A DNA stretch of 64,000 bases from an uncultured Cytophagia bacterium (GCA_964539665.1 CAZIKB010000003.1:60062-124061), one strand, 5' to 3'; shown: positions 38,685 to 48,211, counted from the stretch's first letter. The notes: generated from the letters alone by a model not told the origin. Program-made: numbers and translations.

Positions 38685-40538
38685 ATGTTTAATTACAATT
38701 CTGATAAAGTTAAATTACCTTATACATTTGCTAAAATGTGCAAAATTAAGGTACAATATTGTTTGGCGATAATGCCATTGTTTATTTTGTTTAATACGTC
38801 TTTTGCTCAAAGCCCGAAGCACAACTATCCTTTAATTGGATGGCAGACTTTTGGTGGAGCGGTCGATGATTTCTATGCTCGATTTGATCTTTTAGTAACA
38901 AAATCTTCAAGTAATGGTTTTGTAAAAAGATTAAAAGGCATAAATCCTGATATGTTAATCGTCTCGACTACAGACTGGAATACCGGGCGAGACATTGATA
39001 ACATGCCAGAGGAATGGTGGTTACGTGATTCAAATGGAAACGTGAAAATAATTTATGGCGGCTTTAAAATGGCGAACCTATCCGATCTTTGCCCAAAAGC
39101 TACACGGGGTGCATTTAGTGGGATGACCTATTCTGAGTATTTGCCTGTATTTTTGTCTAGTAGAATAGATTTAACCTATTTTGATGGAGTCGGTACTAAT
39201 GGCGTCTGGGGAAAGGATGGAATGGAATGGAATTGGAATCGTAATGAATGGTCTGATATTGACATTGATAATAACGGTGTCAATGATCATGATGAACACT
39301 CAAAAGATTGGTTCTTGACTCATTGGCAAGGTGGATTAGATGTCCTCATGTCAAAATTGCGTCAAATGATTGGACCGAATAAACTCCTACTGATAAATAG
39401 CGGGACCTCGCACTCCTGGGGCTGGGAGGAGTCCAATGGCATTATTGATGAAAAATTAACATCGTACTCTGACACTAAATTTAATTTAAATTATTATAAA
39501 GCCATTAAAAATGTGTCACAAAAACCTTTCATTACAGTTGCAGACGGTTTACCTTTTTATGGTAATCCAAATGTGCCGGATGAATCAAAAAATGATTATA
39601 TTGGTATGCGTTTTGGACTTGTAACCTGTATGTTTAATGATATATATTTCAGTTTTCAGAATATCCGGGCCAATGAACATTACTGGAGTTATTGGTATGA
39701 TGAATTTGATGTTAATCTCGGCAAACCAATTGGCCGCCCTTCTAAAATAAGAGAAGGACTTTGGGTGCGATTTTTTGATAACGGTGTTGCAATAGCGAGT
39801 ACAGATGGCTATTCTCAGGTTGTAACTGATTCTGATTTAAAAGGATTCTCTGAATATAGCGGACCTTATTATAGGTTCCTGGGAAGCCAAAATCCATCTT
39901 TCAACAACGGTCAAATATTCGATAGAGTAGAACTTGATGGACACATTCAGAGCTCAAGTAGAATTTTTGGTGATGGCATTTTATTGTTAAAAGAGCCAAC
40001 AGTTGTTGTTGCTGATATTATCATTGATAACAGTGATGCCGGTACTTCCCCATCAAGTTCTAAGGCTAAATTGAAAAATGGTTTTGTTCTTCAAACAGAC
40101 TGTAAATCTGGCTATGATTTTTACAAGTTACGCTGCTCAAGCTGGCAGGAAGTATACGGCTATGCCTATGCCCCGTCAGGAAACGGCGAAGCAATTTATC
40201 GCCCCAATATCGGCGTGGCGGGCGAGTATGAAGTATTCGAGTGGCATGGTAAAATGGATGGCGTTAATATGGCCACAAATGCAGTGTACAATATACTGCA
40301 TTCGAATGGACAGGATAGCAAACGAGTTAATCAATCTAATAACACCGGCCACTGGAATAGCCTGGGAGTTTATCAATTCAGAAAGGGCAGCGACCTTAAT
40401 GTGACAATAAAGGCACAAGGCGCGGATGGTTATGTAATGGCAGACGCTATTAAGTTTGTTAATCTTAGTTCAAAAGTAGAGCCTCCAGCGAATCTGTTGC
40501 CTCCGATTGGTGTTCGTGTGCAACAAAATAATAACTAA
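38685..40538 (+). CDS. secreted protein: putative glycoside-hydrolase-like TIM barrel (GHL15-like) + golvesin-like C-terminal domain (start may be 38736)
   Basis: Signal-like MCKIKVQYCLAIMPLFILFNTSFAQ. The N-domain resembles hypothetical GH-like families. The C-terminus (GEYEVFEWH...NTGHWNSLGVYQF...GYVMADAIKFV) resembles golvesin C-terminal-like domains. Both are recollection-based. Confidence 0.4.
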   Translation: MFNYNSDKVKLPYTFAKMCKIKVQYCLAIMPLFILFNTSFAQSPKHNYPLIGWQTFGGAVDDFYARFDLLVTKSSSNGFVKRLKGINPDMLIVSTTDWNTGRDIDNMPEEWWLRDSNGNVKIIYGGFKMANLSDLCPKATRGAFSGMTYSEYLPVFLSSRIDLTYFDGVGTNGVWGKDGMEWNWNRNEWSDIDIDNNGVNDHDEHSKDWFLTHWQGGLDVLMSKLRQMIGPNKLLLINSGTSHSWGWEESNGIIDEKLTSYSDTKFNLNYYKAIKNVSQKPFITVADGLPFYGNPNVPDESKNDYIGMRFGLVTCMFNDIYFSFQNIRANEHYWSYWYDEFDVNLGKPIGRPSKIREGLWVRFFDNGVAIASTDGYSQVVTDSDLKGFSEYSGPYYRFLGSQNPSFNNGQIFDRVELDGHIQSSSRIFGDGILLLKEPTVVVADIIIDNSDAGTSPSSSKAKLKNGFVLQTDCKSGYDFYKLRCSSWQEVYGYAYAPSGNGEAIYRPNIGVAGEYEVFEWHGKMDGVNMATNAVYNILHSNGQDSKRVNQSNNTGHWNSLGVYQFRKGSDLNVTIKAQGADGYVMADAIKFVNLSSKVEPPANLLPPIGVRVQQNNN

Positions 40539-41766
40539 TACCTCAAAAGGCAGAGCAATCAATTTGGTAATTAGCTACTTCAGTTATGCCTGGGATATAA
40601 ACGGTATTTCAGCCGGTGCGGCCATTAAAGCAAAAGAGTTTATCAACGCGATCGAAAAACACGGTCATACCGTCCATCTTGAATGGCGCATGCAACAACC
40701 AGGAAATGAACCGGATATTTCCACCAAAATTAAAGAAAGAATTAAACCATATTTGCAGAAGTATCTGCGTGAATCTCGTGTGCTGTTAAGTAATTTGGGA
40801 CACCTGAAAAATGAACACAAGATTCTTAAACAGCAAAAACCTGATATTTTTTTTCCACGTCTTGAATACGGAAATATCTCTTGTTTTTTACTATCTAAAT
40901 GGTTGAATATTCCAACAGTTGTAGAGGTTGATTGTCCGCCAACTCATGAATGGGAAACATTTTATGCTCAGGATGCACTAAAATTTGGTGATTTGTCGTT
41001 AAAATTGGAAATAGTAACTTTGAAGCAGGCTGATGCTGTTATAGTTCAATCTAATCAGTTGATGAGTTACTATGAGTCGCTGGGCGTGTCAAAAGAGAAA
41101 ATATATGTGATTCCGAATGCGGCTGATATAAAAAAATTTCAACCGCGTGAGAAGTATGAGTCTGTTGTTTCTGAATATAAGTTGCAGGATAAAATAGTAA
41201 TTGGTTGGATAGGCGCCGGCTATGCCTGGACCGGCATTGATGTTGTCATAGATATGGCTAAAAAATTAATGCGAAATTACCCTTCAGTGCGATTTTTAAT
41301 GGTAGGCAGTAAACACAATATGGACGTTTTTCAGACACATTTTAATTCCAAAGATTTTGAGGACAGAGTAATTTTACCTGGCTTTGTACCGCATGAAAAA
41401 ATGCCTGATTATCTTTCATGTATGGATATTGTGTTGGCGCCGTATCCAAAACTTGACTTTTTCTACGCATCATCCATGAAACTTTTTGAATATATGGCAG
41501 CCGGAAAAGCAATTGTAGCTACCCGCATCGGTCAGATGGCAGAGGTAATTCAGGATGGAATAAATGGATTCTTATTTGAGCCTGATTTGTCCAGTGAGTT
41601 GTATGAAAAGGTGGAATTATTAGTCACATCCGAAGCGCTGCGTAAGAAGATATCTCAAAATGCACGGTACGATGCTGAACGAAAGTGGAATTGGGACCAA
41701 GTCGGAAATAAAATGATTCAGGTATTTGAAGAGGTTTTAACTAAGCGAAATGCACATCGCTGTTGA
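40507..41766 (+). CDS. GT4 (GT-B) glycosyltransferase (start uncertain; TTG at 40507 overlaps the upstream gene)
   Basis: IGWIGAGYAWTGIDVVI...ASSMKLFEYMAAGKAIVATRIGQMAEVIQDGINGFL. Confidence 0.8.
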   Translation: MVFVCNKIITNTSKGRAINLVISYFSYAWDINGISAGAAIKAKEFINAIEKHGHTVHLEWRMQQPGNEPDISTKIKERIKPYLQKYLRESRVLLSNLGHLKNEHKILKQQKPDIFFPRLEYGNISCFLLSKWLNIPTVVEVDCPPTHEWETFYAQDALKFGDLSLKLEIVTLKQADAVIVQSNQLMSYYESLGVSKEKIYVIPNAADIKKFQPREKYESVVSEYKLQDKIVIGWIGAGYAWTGIDVVIDMAKKLMRNYPSVRFLMVGSKHNMDVFQTHFNSKDFEDRVILPGFVPHEKMPDYLSCMDIVLAPYPKLDFFYASSMKLFEYMAAGKAIVATRIGQMAEVIQDGINGFLFEPDLSSELYEKVELLVTSEALRKKISQNARYDAERKWNWDQVGNKMIQVFEEVLTKRNAHRC

Positions 41767-41922
41767 AGAAGTAACCTTCCGATGGTTTATTAATATATAA
41801 ATTCCTGTATGTTGAGTTTAATTGATTTACACACTACATACAGTAAGTCAATAATCCTTCTGAAGGTTTTCAGCACTTAATCAACAAAGTCATGCACGTT
41901 TGAAAATTACCAGTAAAATTCT

Positions 41923-43731
41923 ATGATTAAAAAAATATTAATCTTTGTAGCAGTTACAAGTATCCTTTTAGCCGTGGTTTTATGGTTTGGTCAAAGACCT
42001 ATTTTAGAGTGGGTCAAAAAGAATCCGGATCTTTATAGGGTACTTCAAAAGGGAAATGCGAAATTTAAATCAATCACGAATCAAACTAATAGCTTGGGCG
42101 ATTTAAATAAAAATGAAAGCATGACTGAAGCACATTTGGTGATAGACTACAATAAGTCACTCGGCCAATTTAACAAATTTTGGCGTGGATTTGGAATAGA
42201 TTCTTTTAATAATGGAATTTTGTTACCGTTCAATTATGAATTTTTAAAAACAGCCGGCCAATCAAAGGATGACAGTCAACTTTTCACTCACGTTAATGTC
42301 AAAGGAATATTTGCTGACCCTCCAAATAACAAAGTCAATGATATTGGAGGTCATGTCTACAAAGAAAATGCCGATGGAAAAGTAGAATATAATTGGAAAA
42401 TTGTTGACAAAGTTTTTGATAGTATATTAGAAAACAATTTAAAACCAGTGATTTCTTTAAGCTACATGCCCGAGGACCTGGCTTCAAATGTGAATAAAAA
42501 AAATCCATGGAATCATGCTGTAGTTTCACCGCCAACAGACTACAATAAGTGGCGGGACCTGGTTTATGCCACGATTGAACATTTACAGGATAGGTACGGT
42601 ACGGATGAGATAAAGGATTGGTATTTTGAAGTTTGGAACGAACCAGACATGCCTCAATTTTTTTGGAAAAAACATCCTGATCGCAAACGATATCCCAAAA
42701 GAGGGGATAATTTAGAATATTTTAAACTGTATGATTATACTATCGATGGTGCCATTGACGCCGAACCTGATTTACAAATTGGCGGGCCTGCAATAGCCGG
42801 TGATATTTTTTTATTTATTAATGAATGGTTTTCGCATTGCCTGAATGCAAAAAATTACAAAACCGGCAAAACAGGTACAAGGATTGATTTTTTATCACGC
42901 CATTGTTACGGTAATATTGAAAATAGAATTTTACCCGGTATTATGCAATTTGTGGGTAAGTCTAAAGAAAACGGTCTGGAGATTTTTAATAGATCAAAAT
43001 TTCTGATTTCTGAAGCAGGGCCGAGTACCGTGCCTAAAAAATGGCTAAATACTCGCTATGTCGCTGCCTGGATTGTAAAATTGATTGACGGTATTTGTTA
43101 TCTGGGCGACCAGAAAGGGGAAGACTATATTCCTGATTTGCTGTTATTCTGGACAAAACCGATCCCAGCGAATTTTGATACCCATTTTGGTTTGATGACT
43201 GCTCTGGGTAATAAATGGCACCCATCATCAAACGCGTTGATTAAAAGACCCGCATTCAACGCTTTTGATTCTTTAAATAAAATGGGACCGGTTAGATTGG
43301 TAGTAGAAGGTACACAATTTGGCGACCCAATTCATGCTTTGGCAGCAAAAAGTCAAAACGAGTCAGTTCAGATATTATTATATCATTTAAGGGAAGATGA
43401 TTATTTTAATGAAAACTCACGCAACTACCCGGCTTATTTAAAAATAAATAATTTACCCGAAGGGAAATACAGATCTGATATGTATGTAATTGATGAATCC
43501 CGCAGCAACGGCTTTACACTTTGGAAGAGCCTTGGCAGACCAGCTAAGCCAGGCAAAGCACAATTGCGACAACTACAACAAAACGATGATTTAGAGCTGG
43601 TCGAAACCAAATTTGAATCCATCAATAATGAAAGAAAATATGAAAAATTGATTAATTTGCAAAATAATAGTGTAGCTTTATTAATTTTATCAAAGGTCAA
43701 TTCTGTTGGTAACCTTAATGCAGCAAATTAA
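41923..43731 (+). CDS. membrane-anchored glycoside hydrolase, GH39/PslG-like
   Basis: N-terminal TM helix ILIFVAVTSILLAVVLWF. The WYFEVWNEPD acid/base motif is typical of clan GH-A (GH39-like) enzymes. Confidence 0.6.
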   Translation: MIKKILIFVAVTSILLAVVLWFGQRPILEWVKKNPDLYRVLQKGNAKFKSITNQTNSLGDLNKNESMTEAHLVIDYNKSLGQFNKFWRGFGIDSFNNGILLPFNYEFLKTAGQSKDDSQLFTHVNVKGIFADPPNNKVNDIGGHVYKENADGKVEYNWKIVDKVFDSILENNLKPVISLSYMPEDLASNVNKKNPWNHAVVSPPTDYNKWRDLVYATIEHLQDRYGTDEIKDWYFEVWNEPDMPQFFWKKHPDRKRYPKRGDNLEYFKLYDYTIDGAIDAEPDLQIGGPAIAGDIFLFINEWFSHCLNAKNYKTGKTGTRIDFLSRHCYGNIENRILPGIMQFVGKSKENGLEIFNRSKFLISEAGPSTVPKKWLNTRYVAAWIVKLIDGICYLGDQKGEDYIPDLLLFWTKPIPANFDTHFGLMTALGNKWHPSSNALIKRPAFNAFDSLNKMGPVRLVVEGTQFGDPIHALAAKSQNESVQILLYHLREDDYFNENSRNYPAYLKINNLPEGKYRSDMYVIDESRSNGFTLWKSLGRPAKPGKAQLRQLQQNDDLELVETKFESINNERKYEKLINLQNNSVALLILSKVNSVGNLNAAN

Positions 43732-43767
43732 GTTCAATAATTTGAATATTTAAAAGGAGATAACATA

Positions 43768-45645
43768 TTGAATTCAAATTATTCCAAACAAAATAGCGTA
43801 ATTCATCAAATTAAGATTAGCTTTTTGGGGGGACTTTTGACCGGTATAATTATCGGTGGCTCTCTGGCAATTTATAACACCTGGTTTTTAAATTACTATA
43901 TTCAGAAAGGGCTAACTCATTTTGTCATTGAAATATTCAGTGAATATATCATTCAAGCCACTTTGGCTGCAACTTTGATCTTTTTATTTTTATTACCTTT
44001 TGTGGCTTTTTTTAGTCAAACCATTTCAGAAATTAGGGCCATTCGTCTGGCAAGATTCACATTAATGCTGGTCGGAATAATCTGGGTAATTGGCGGCTAT
44101 CAAATAAACAAATCTATCTGGTTCCCACCGATAGCTTCTGCGAAAGGCATTTTAGGAAACATGTTTTACAGTTTCATCTGTCTGGGATTGGCTTTTCTTT
44201 TATACAAAATAATGATGGCATTTCGTTTAAAACTGCCTTTGCCATTTGCTGGATTATTGCATAAATTATACAATGGCAAATTATTGAGTGCAATTGCGTC
44301 AATTTTTATTGTTGCGAATGGATGTACCATTTATCATCTCGCAAACCATAAACCTAATAGTCCCAATGTTGTAATTCTTTCGATTGATACGTTACGTGCT
44401 GATCATCTTGGTTGTTATGGTTATGAAAGGAATACGAGCCCAACTATTGATAAATTAGCCAGCGAGGGCGTTCAATTCTCTAATTGTTATGCTCAACGTG
44501 GTCTAACCTGGCCGTCACTAACATCAATAATGACTGCCATGTATCCGAAAACTCATGGAGTCAGACGCAATCAGGTTCCGCTTGACGGCAAAAATATTAC
44601 CATCGCCGAAATTCTTAAAAATGAAGGGTACAAGACCGGTGCATTTCTTGCAAATTATTATTTTTCACCAAATCGTGGTTTCGACACCAAAATGGGTGGT
44701 GAAATTGGCGATCTGGATTATGCCATCACGGGGCAAGCTTTAGGTTGGCTGAATGGGATTAATCCTCAGGAAGACAATTTTTTCTTGTGGATTCACTATA
44801 AAAATCCTCATTTACCTTATGAACCGCCTGAACCGTTTACAAATATGTTTGACTCAACTTATACCGGCCAGTACGATGGTTCAAGGAAGTCAGTCAATTC
44901 GATTTATGTGAATAAAACAGAACTCGAAGAAAGAGATCTTGACCACATTGTTGCACTTTATGATGCTGAGATAAGATCTACAGACAGCTATATTGAACTT
45001 ATCCTGCAAAAGCTCAAAGCCATGAATGTGTATGATAATACAATTATTGTCTTCATCTCTGACCATGGTGAAGAGCTTTATGAGCGTAATTATTATTTTG
45101 ATCATGCTTGCTCAATCTACGATGGTGTTTTGCGAATTCCTTTGGTCATAAAATATTCGGATGTTATTCCGGCTGGGAAAATAATGGAAAATCAGATTGA
45201 AAGTATTGATATCACCCCAACCATCCTCAATATTTTAAAAGTTCCTTTACGTGATGAATTTGAAGGTCGCAGTATATTTGGAATGATATTAGATGATTCT
45301 TCTGATGTATGGTTTCCTTCTTTTGCTGACCGCTCAATTGTCATAAATTCCATTCGAACACCGCAGTGGAAATATATTTATAATCCGGAAGATTACCATG
45401 CAGTGTGTGTAACTGGCGCCGTAGAGGATGATGGAGAAGGTTATGATGTTGAAATTGAAGAACTTTATAATATACAAACCGATCCGTCTGAGCAAGTAAA
45501 TCTGGCTGAGCAATTTCCGAATATTGCTAAAGAATTACGCGCAGAGATCATAAACTGGCTCAATACCAACAAGAAAGTACATAAAGAATATACACTGTCC
45601 AAAGAAGCAGAAAAAAGACTGCGTGCCCTGGGATACGTCAAATGA
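43768..45645 (+). CDS. sulfatase-fold (PF00884-type) protein with 5-TM N-terminal domain (LtaS/EptA-like architecture), Thr nucleophile; LGY tail
   Basis: TTG start after AAAAGGAGA. Five hydrophobic helices in aa 17-189. VVILSIDTLRADHLG, ISDHGEELYE, ELYNIQTDPSEQVNL. The FGly site reads T-W-P-S-L-TSIMTA. Ends ...AEKRLRALGYVK. Confidence 0.8.
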   Translation: MNSNYSKQNSVIHQIKISFLGGLLTGIIIGGSLAIYNTWFLNYYIQKGLTHFVIEIFSEYIIQATLAATLIFLFLLPFVAFFSQTISEIRAIRLARFTLMLVGIIWVIGGYQINKSIWFPPIASAKGILGNMFYSFICLGLAFLLYKIMMAFRLKLPLPFAGLLHKLYNGKLLSAIASIFIVANGCTIYHLANHKPNSPNVVILSIDTLRADHLGCYGYERNTSPTIDKLASEGVQFSNCYAQRGLTWPSLTSIMTAMYPKTHGVRRNQVPLDGKNITIAEILKNEGYKTGAFLANYYFSPNRGFDTKMGGEIGDLDYAITGQALGWLNGINPQEDNFFLWIHYKNPHLPYEPPEPFTNMFDSTYTGQYDGSRKSVNSIYVNKTELEERDLDHIVALYDAEIRSTDSYIELILQKLKAMNVYDNTIIVFISDHGEELYERNYYFDHACSIYDGVLRIPLVIKYSDVIPAGKIMENQIESIDITPTILNILKVPLRDEFEGRSIFGMILDDSSDVWFPSFADRSIVINSIRTPQWKYIYNPEDYHAVCVTGAVEDDGEGYDVEIEELYNIQTDPSEQVNLAEQFPNIAKELRAEIINWLNTNKKVHKEYTLSKEAEKRLRALGYVK

Positions 45646-45854
45646 AATCCTTATCCGAATTATCTCAGCATCGAGCATAAAATTGTCATACCGAATCCGT
45701 TTTAGCGAGTGAGTAATCTGAGTTCTTACAAGATTTAGCTTTGTAGTAGTGTTTGAACCGGAAATAAATGGATAACCTGCAATAATGGACTAAAGATAGT
45801 ATTATAATTTGTTGACCTTACTATATCCAAAATTTAAGTGAAGGATGATTTGAG

Positions 45855-47513
45855 ATGAACAAAACAAATCATAGAGGAATTTTATTCTTTTTGAAGATAG
45901 GTATAATATCCGGTTTAATGTATGGCTTAATTTTAGGCTTGGTGAGATTATTAAGTCATGACGCTGTAAGAGCCTACTATTCAGCAAATTTTACAGATGT
46001 CCTGTTTTCATATACACAGGATTTTCTTAATCAAACCGTCATAATAACTTTGCTCGTATTTATTGTAATTGAAATGACTTTCTATTTTTTAAACAAATTA
46101 TTTGCAACCGCAGATAATAAGATAGTAAAATATTCAAGAATGATCGCGATTAATGGATTTTTCTTTTTATTAATTTTCTATTATTTAAATATTCAACACT
46201 GGTTTCCATCGATGTTGTCTAATAGCGCTTTATTGTACTACATAATTATTCTCGCGGGCAATGCTTTATTACTGTTATTATTCAATCGAATCAGAAACAA
46301 AATAGTTGTTCATGATTCTTTTAAATCCATTAAATTGCCAGTAATTACTGTTATCGTTTTATTATTGTTTAGCAATGTATTTAGTTATTTTCAAAAGAGT
46401 AAATTAAAAGCTGAAACACCGATAAATGTCATAATGATTGTGATTGATGCCCTGCGCGCCGGGCAGTTAGGTTGTTACGGATATGATCTGCCTACAACTC
46501 CGAACATCGATGCATTTGCTCAAGAAAGCCTTAGATTCACGAGCAGCTTTTCACCGAGCAACCATACTAAACCTTCCACAGCATCGCTTTTTACTTCGCT
46601 CTATCCTTCGCAACATAACGTTATTCTAGGAAATAGGTCAAATAATTCCGGGGAGTATTTCTCAGATGTTTTAGATGAATCATTCAAAACGATTGCAGAA
46701 TATTTGTATGAAGCAGATTATAACACGGCCGGGTTTCTAAACCAGGGTCAATTGCGTAAATATTTGGGATTTGCACAGGGATTTATCTATTATAATTCCC
46801 GGTTAGGAAGGGCGCCGCAAATTAATCGTGAATTTTTGCGTTGGCTGCCCATGAATAAACATAGAAAATTTTTTGCATACATACATTATTTGGATGTACA
46901 CGGCCCTTATGATCCGCCTGAGAAATATCGAAAAATATTTAATGTGAATGAGCTGACCAGCGAAATTCCGGAGCGTGCTAAAAATTGGCGAAAATTTAAA
47001 AAAGACTTTGAGAGCGGTGCTTTAGAATTTACGCCTGAGGACCTGGAAAATTTGAAAGCGCTTTACAATGCTGAACTTAAATCCGTTGATGATCAGCTTG
47101 GAATACTTTTTCAGGAATTGAAAAGGCAAGGAGTATATGAAAACAGTCTAATCATAATCACGGCTGACCACGGTGAGTCGTTTGTTGAACATGGCGAAAT
47201 AGATCATGGCTCCACTTTGTTCGATGAAGTTTTACGCGTACCTTTAATAATCCATTATCCTAACCAGGAAAAAACCGGCGTAGTAGATGCAAATGTGCAA
47301 ACTCTTGATTTACTGCCGACCATTTTAGATTATTTAAATATTACGCCTTCAAAAGACTTGATGGGACAAAGTATTTTAAAGTATTCAAATGGCAGCATTG
47401 AGCACGATGAATATCCTATTTTCTGTGAAAGAAATAATCTGGTCTCATTGATCTTTGGTAAAGATAAATATATTTTTGATAAAATAGCCAGACGGGGGAA
47501 CTCTATAACTTAG
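45855..47513 (+). CDS. sulfatase-fold paralog with multi-TM N-terminus, Thr nucleophile; reading frame broken near 47481 (see next feature)
   Basis: VIMIVIDALRAGQLG, TADHGESFVEHG, FGly site T-K-P-S-T-ASLFTS. The ORF ends ...KYIFDKIARRGNSIT*, while the homologous C-terminus continues in another frame. Confidence 0.75.
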   Translation: MNKTNHRGILFFLKIGIISGLMYGLILGLVRLLSHDAVRAYYSANFTDVLFSYTQDFLNQTVIITLLVFIVIEMTFYFLNKLFATADNKIVKYSRMIAINGFFFLLIFYYLNIQHWFPSMLSNSALLYYIIILAGNALLLLLFNRIRNKIVVHDSFKSIKLPVITVIVLLLFSNVFSYFQKSKLKAETPINVIMIVIDALRAGQLGCYGYDLPTTPNIDAFAQESLRFTSSFSPSNHTKPSTASLFTSLYPSQHNVILGNRSNNSGEYFSDVLDESFKTIAEYLYEADYNTAGFLNQGQLRKYLGFAQGFIYYNSRLGRAPQINREFLRWLPMNKHRKFFAYIHYLDVHGPYDPPEKYRKIFNVNELTSEIPERAKNWRKFKKDFESGALEFTPEDLENLKALYNAELKSVDDQLGILFQELKRQGVYENSLIIITADHGESFVEHGEIDHGSTLFDEVLRVPLIIHYPNQEKTGVVDANVQTLDLLPTILDYLNITPSKDLMGQSILKYSNGSIEHDEYPIFCERNNLVSLIFGKDKYIFDKIARRGNSIT

Positions 47514-47692
47514 AAATAGATCCGGGAGAGCGGAATAAAATTAATTCCCGGAATAGTGAATTAGAGCAGAAAATGAAAGCTATGGTTTTAGAATGGAGTG
47601 AGGCCATGAAACTCGTTAGTAAAAAGTCAGAAGGTACTAAATTAGATAAAGAAACCATCGAAAAACTTAAAAGTCTGGGATATATCAAATAA
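47483..47692 (+). other. displaced 3' segment of the 45855 sulfatase-fold gene (frame -1 relative to the upstream part)
   Basis: Translates NSQTGELYNLEIDPGERNKI...KETIEKLKSLGYIK*, matching the ELY(N/D)LxxDPxE box and LGY tail of the two paralogs. Junction is GATAAAATAGCC, an A4 run where A5 would restore the frame. Confidence 0.75.
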
Positions 47693-47833
47693 GACTGTTG
47701 AATTAAGGTCAAGTGCCATCTAATATTCTCAGTCGGGCGAATTCCATGGTTGGAAAAACGCATTCACTTCATTATTAGCCACGTGGCAGAGTGATTCCAA
47801 ATCAACGTACACTTCAGAATAAACCTAAATGAA

Positions 47834-47961
47834 TTGTCAAATTATGATTATAAGCTGTCATTTGGTTGTCATTAAGTCATCTGTTGTCATTGATTTAATG
47901 ACCTAATGACCATGAATGACATTGTGACTGAAACAGTAGTTCAGGTATACTGTTTGTCATT
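47834..47961. repeat. array of (T)TGTCA(T/A)T direct repeats and AATGAC inverted copies (putative regulator binding sites)
   Basis: TTGTCAA 47834; TGTCATT 47856, 47867, 47885, 47955; AGTCATC 47875; AATGAC 47897, 47905, 47915. Central palindrome GTCATT-gattt-AATGAC at 47886-47902. Spacings mostly 8-11 bp. Confidence 0.55.
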
Positions 47962-48211
47962 GAATATTGCAATGATAATCAGTAATCATTCCACTATAAT
48001 TGTTGCTCCCTTAATATTTTCCTCAGAAGTTAATATATCAGGCATTAAGCAAAAAATTATGAGAAGCTTTTGTTATACATTGTTTCATACTGTAACACAA
48101 AAAAATGTTGATCCGTTTTAAGACAATTATTTTTATGCCGATATTAATTTTGTAGTCGGTCTTTTTAAGTAAGTTCGTATTAATAAAGCACTAAATGTTT
48201 ATAATTTACAT

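Noticed and set aside
47478-47490. Programmed -1 ribosomal frameshifting at the sulfatase-fold gene junction.
   Set aside because: There is no X-XXY-YYZ slippery heptamer and no obvious downstream stimulatory hairpin or pseudoknot. A one-base change in an A-run (mutation, phase variation or sequencing error) is the simpler explanation.
47834-47961. Could the short repeat array be a CRISPR array or a tandem-repeat satellite?
   Set aside because: The repeat units are only 6-8 bp, occur in both orientations and have irregular 1-4-bp spacers. There are no 25-40-bp repeats, no unique spacers and no cas genes. The pattern fits protein-binding sites, not CRISPR.
47906-48121. 71-aa + strand ORF in the gap upstream of the sulfation operon.
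   Set aside because: It starts inside the TGTCATT/AATGAC repeat array. It has no RBS, an AT-driven Ile/Asn/Phe-rich composition and no family resemblance. The region is better explained as regulatory DNA.
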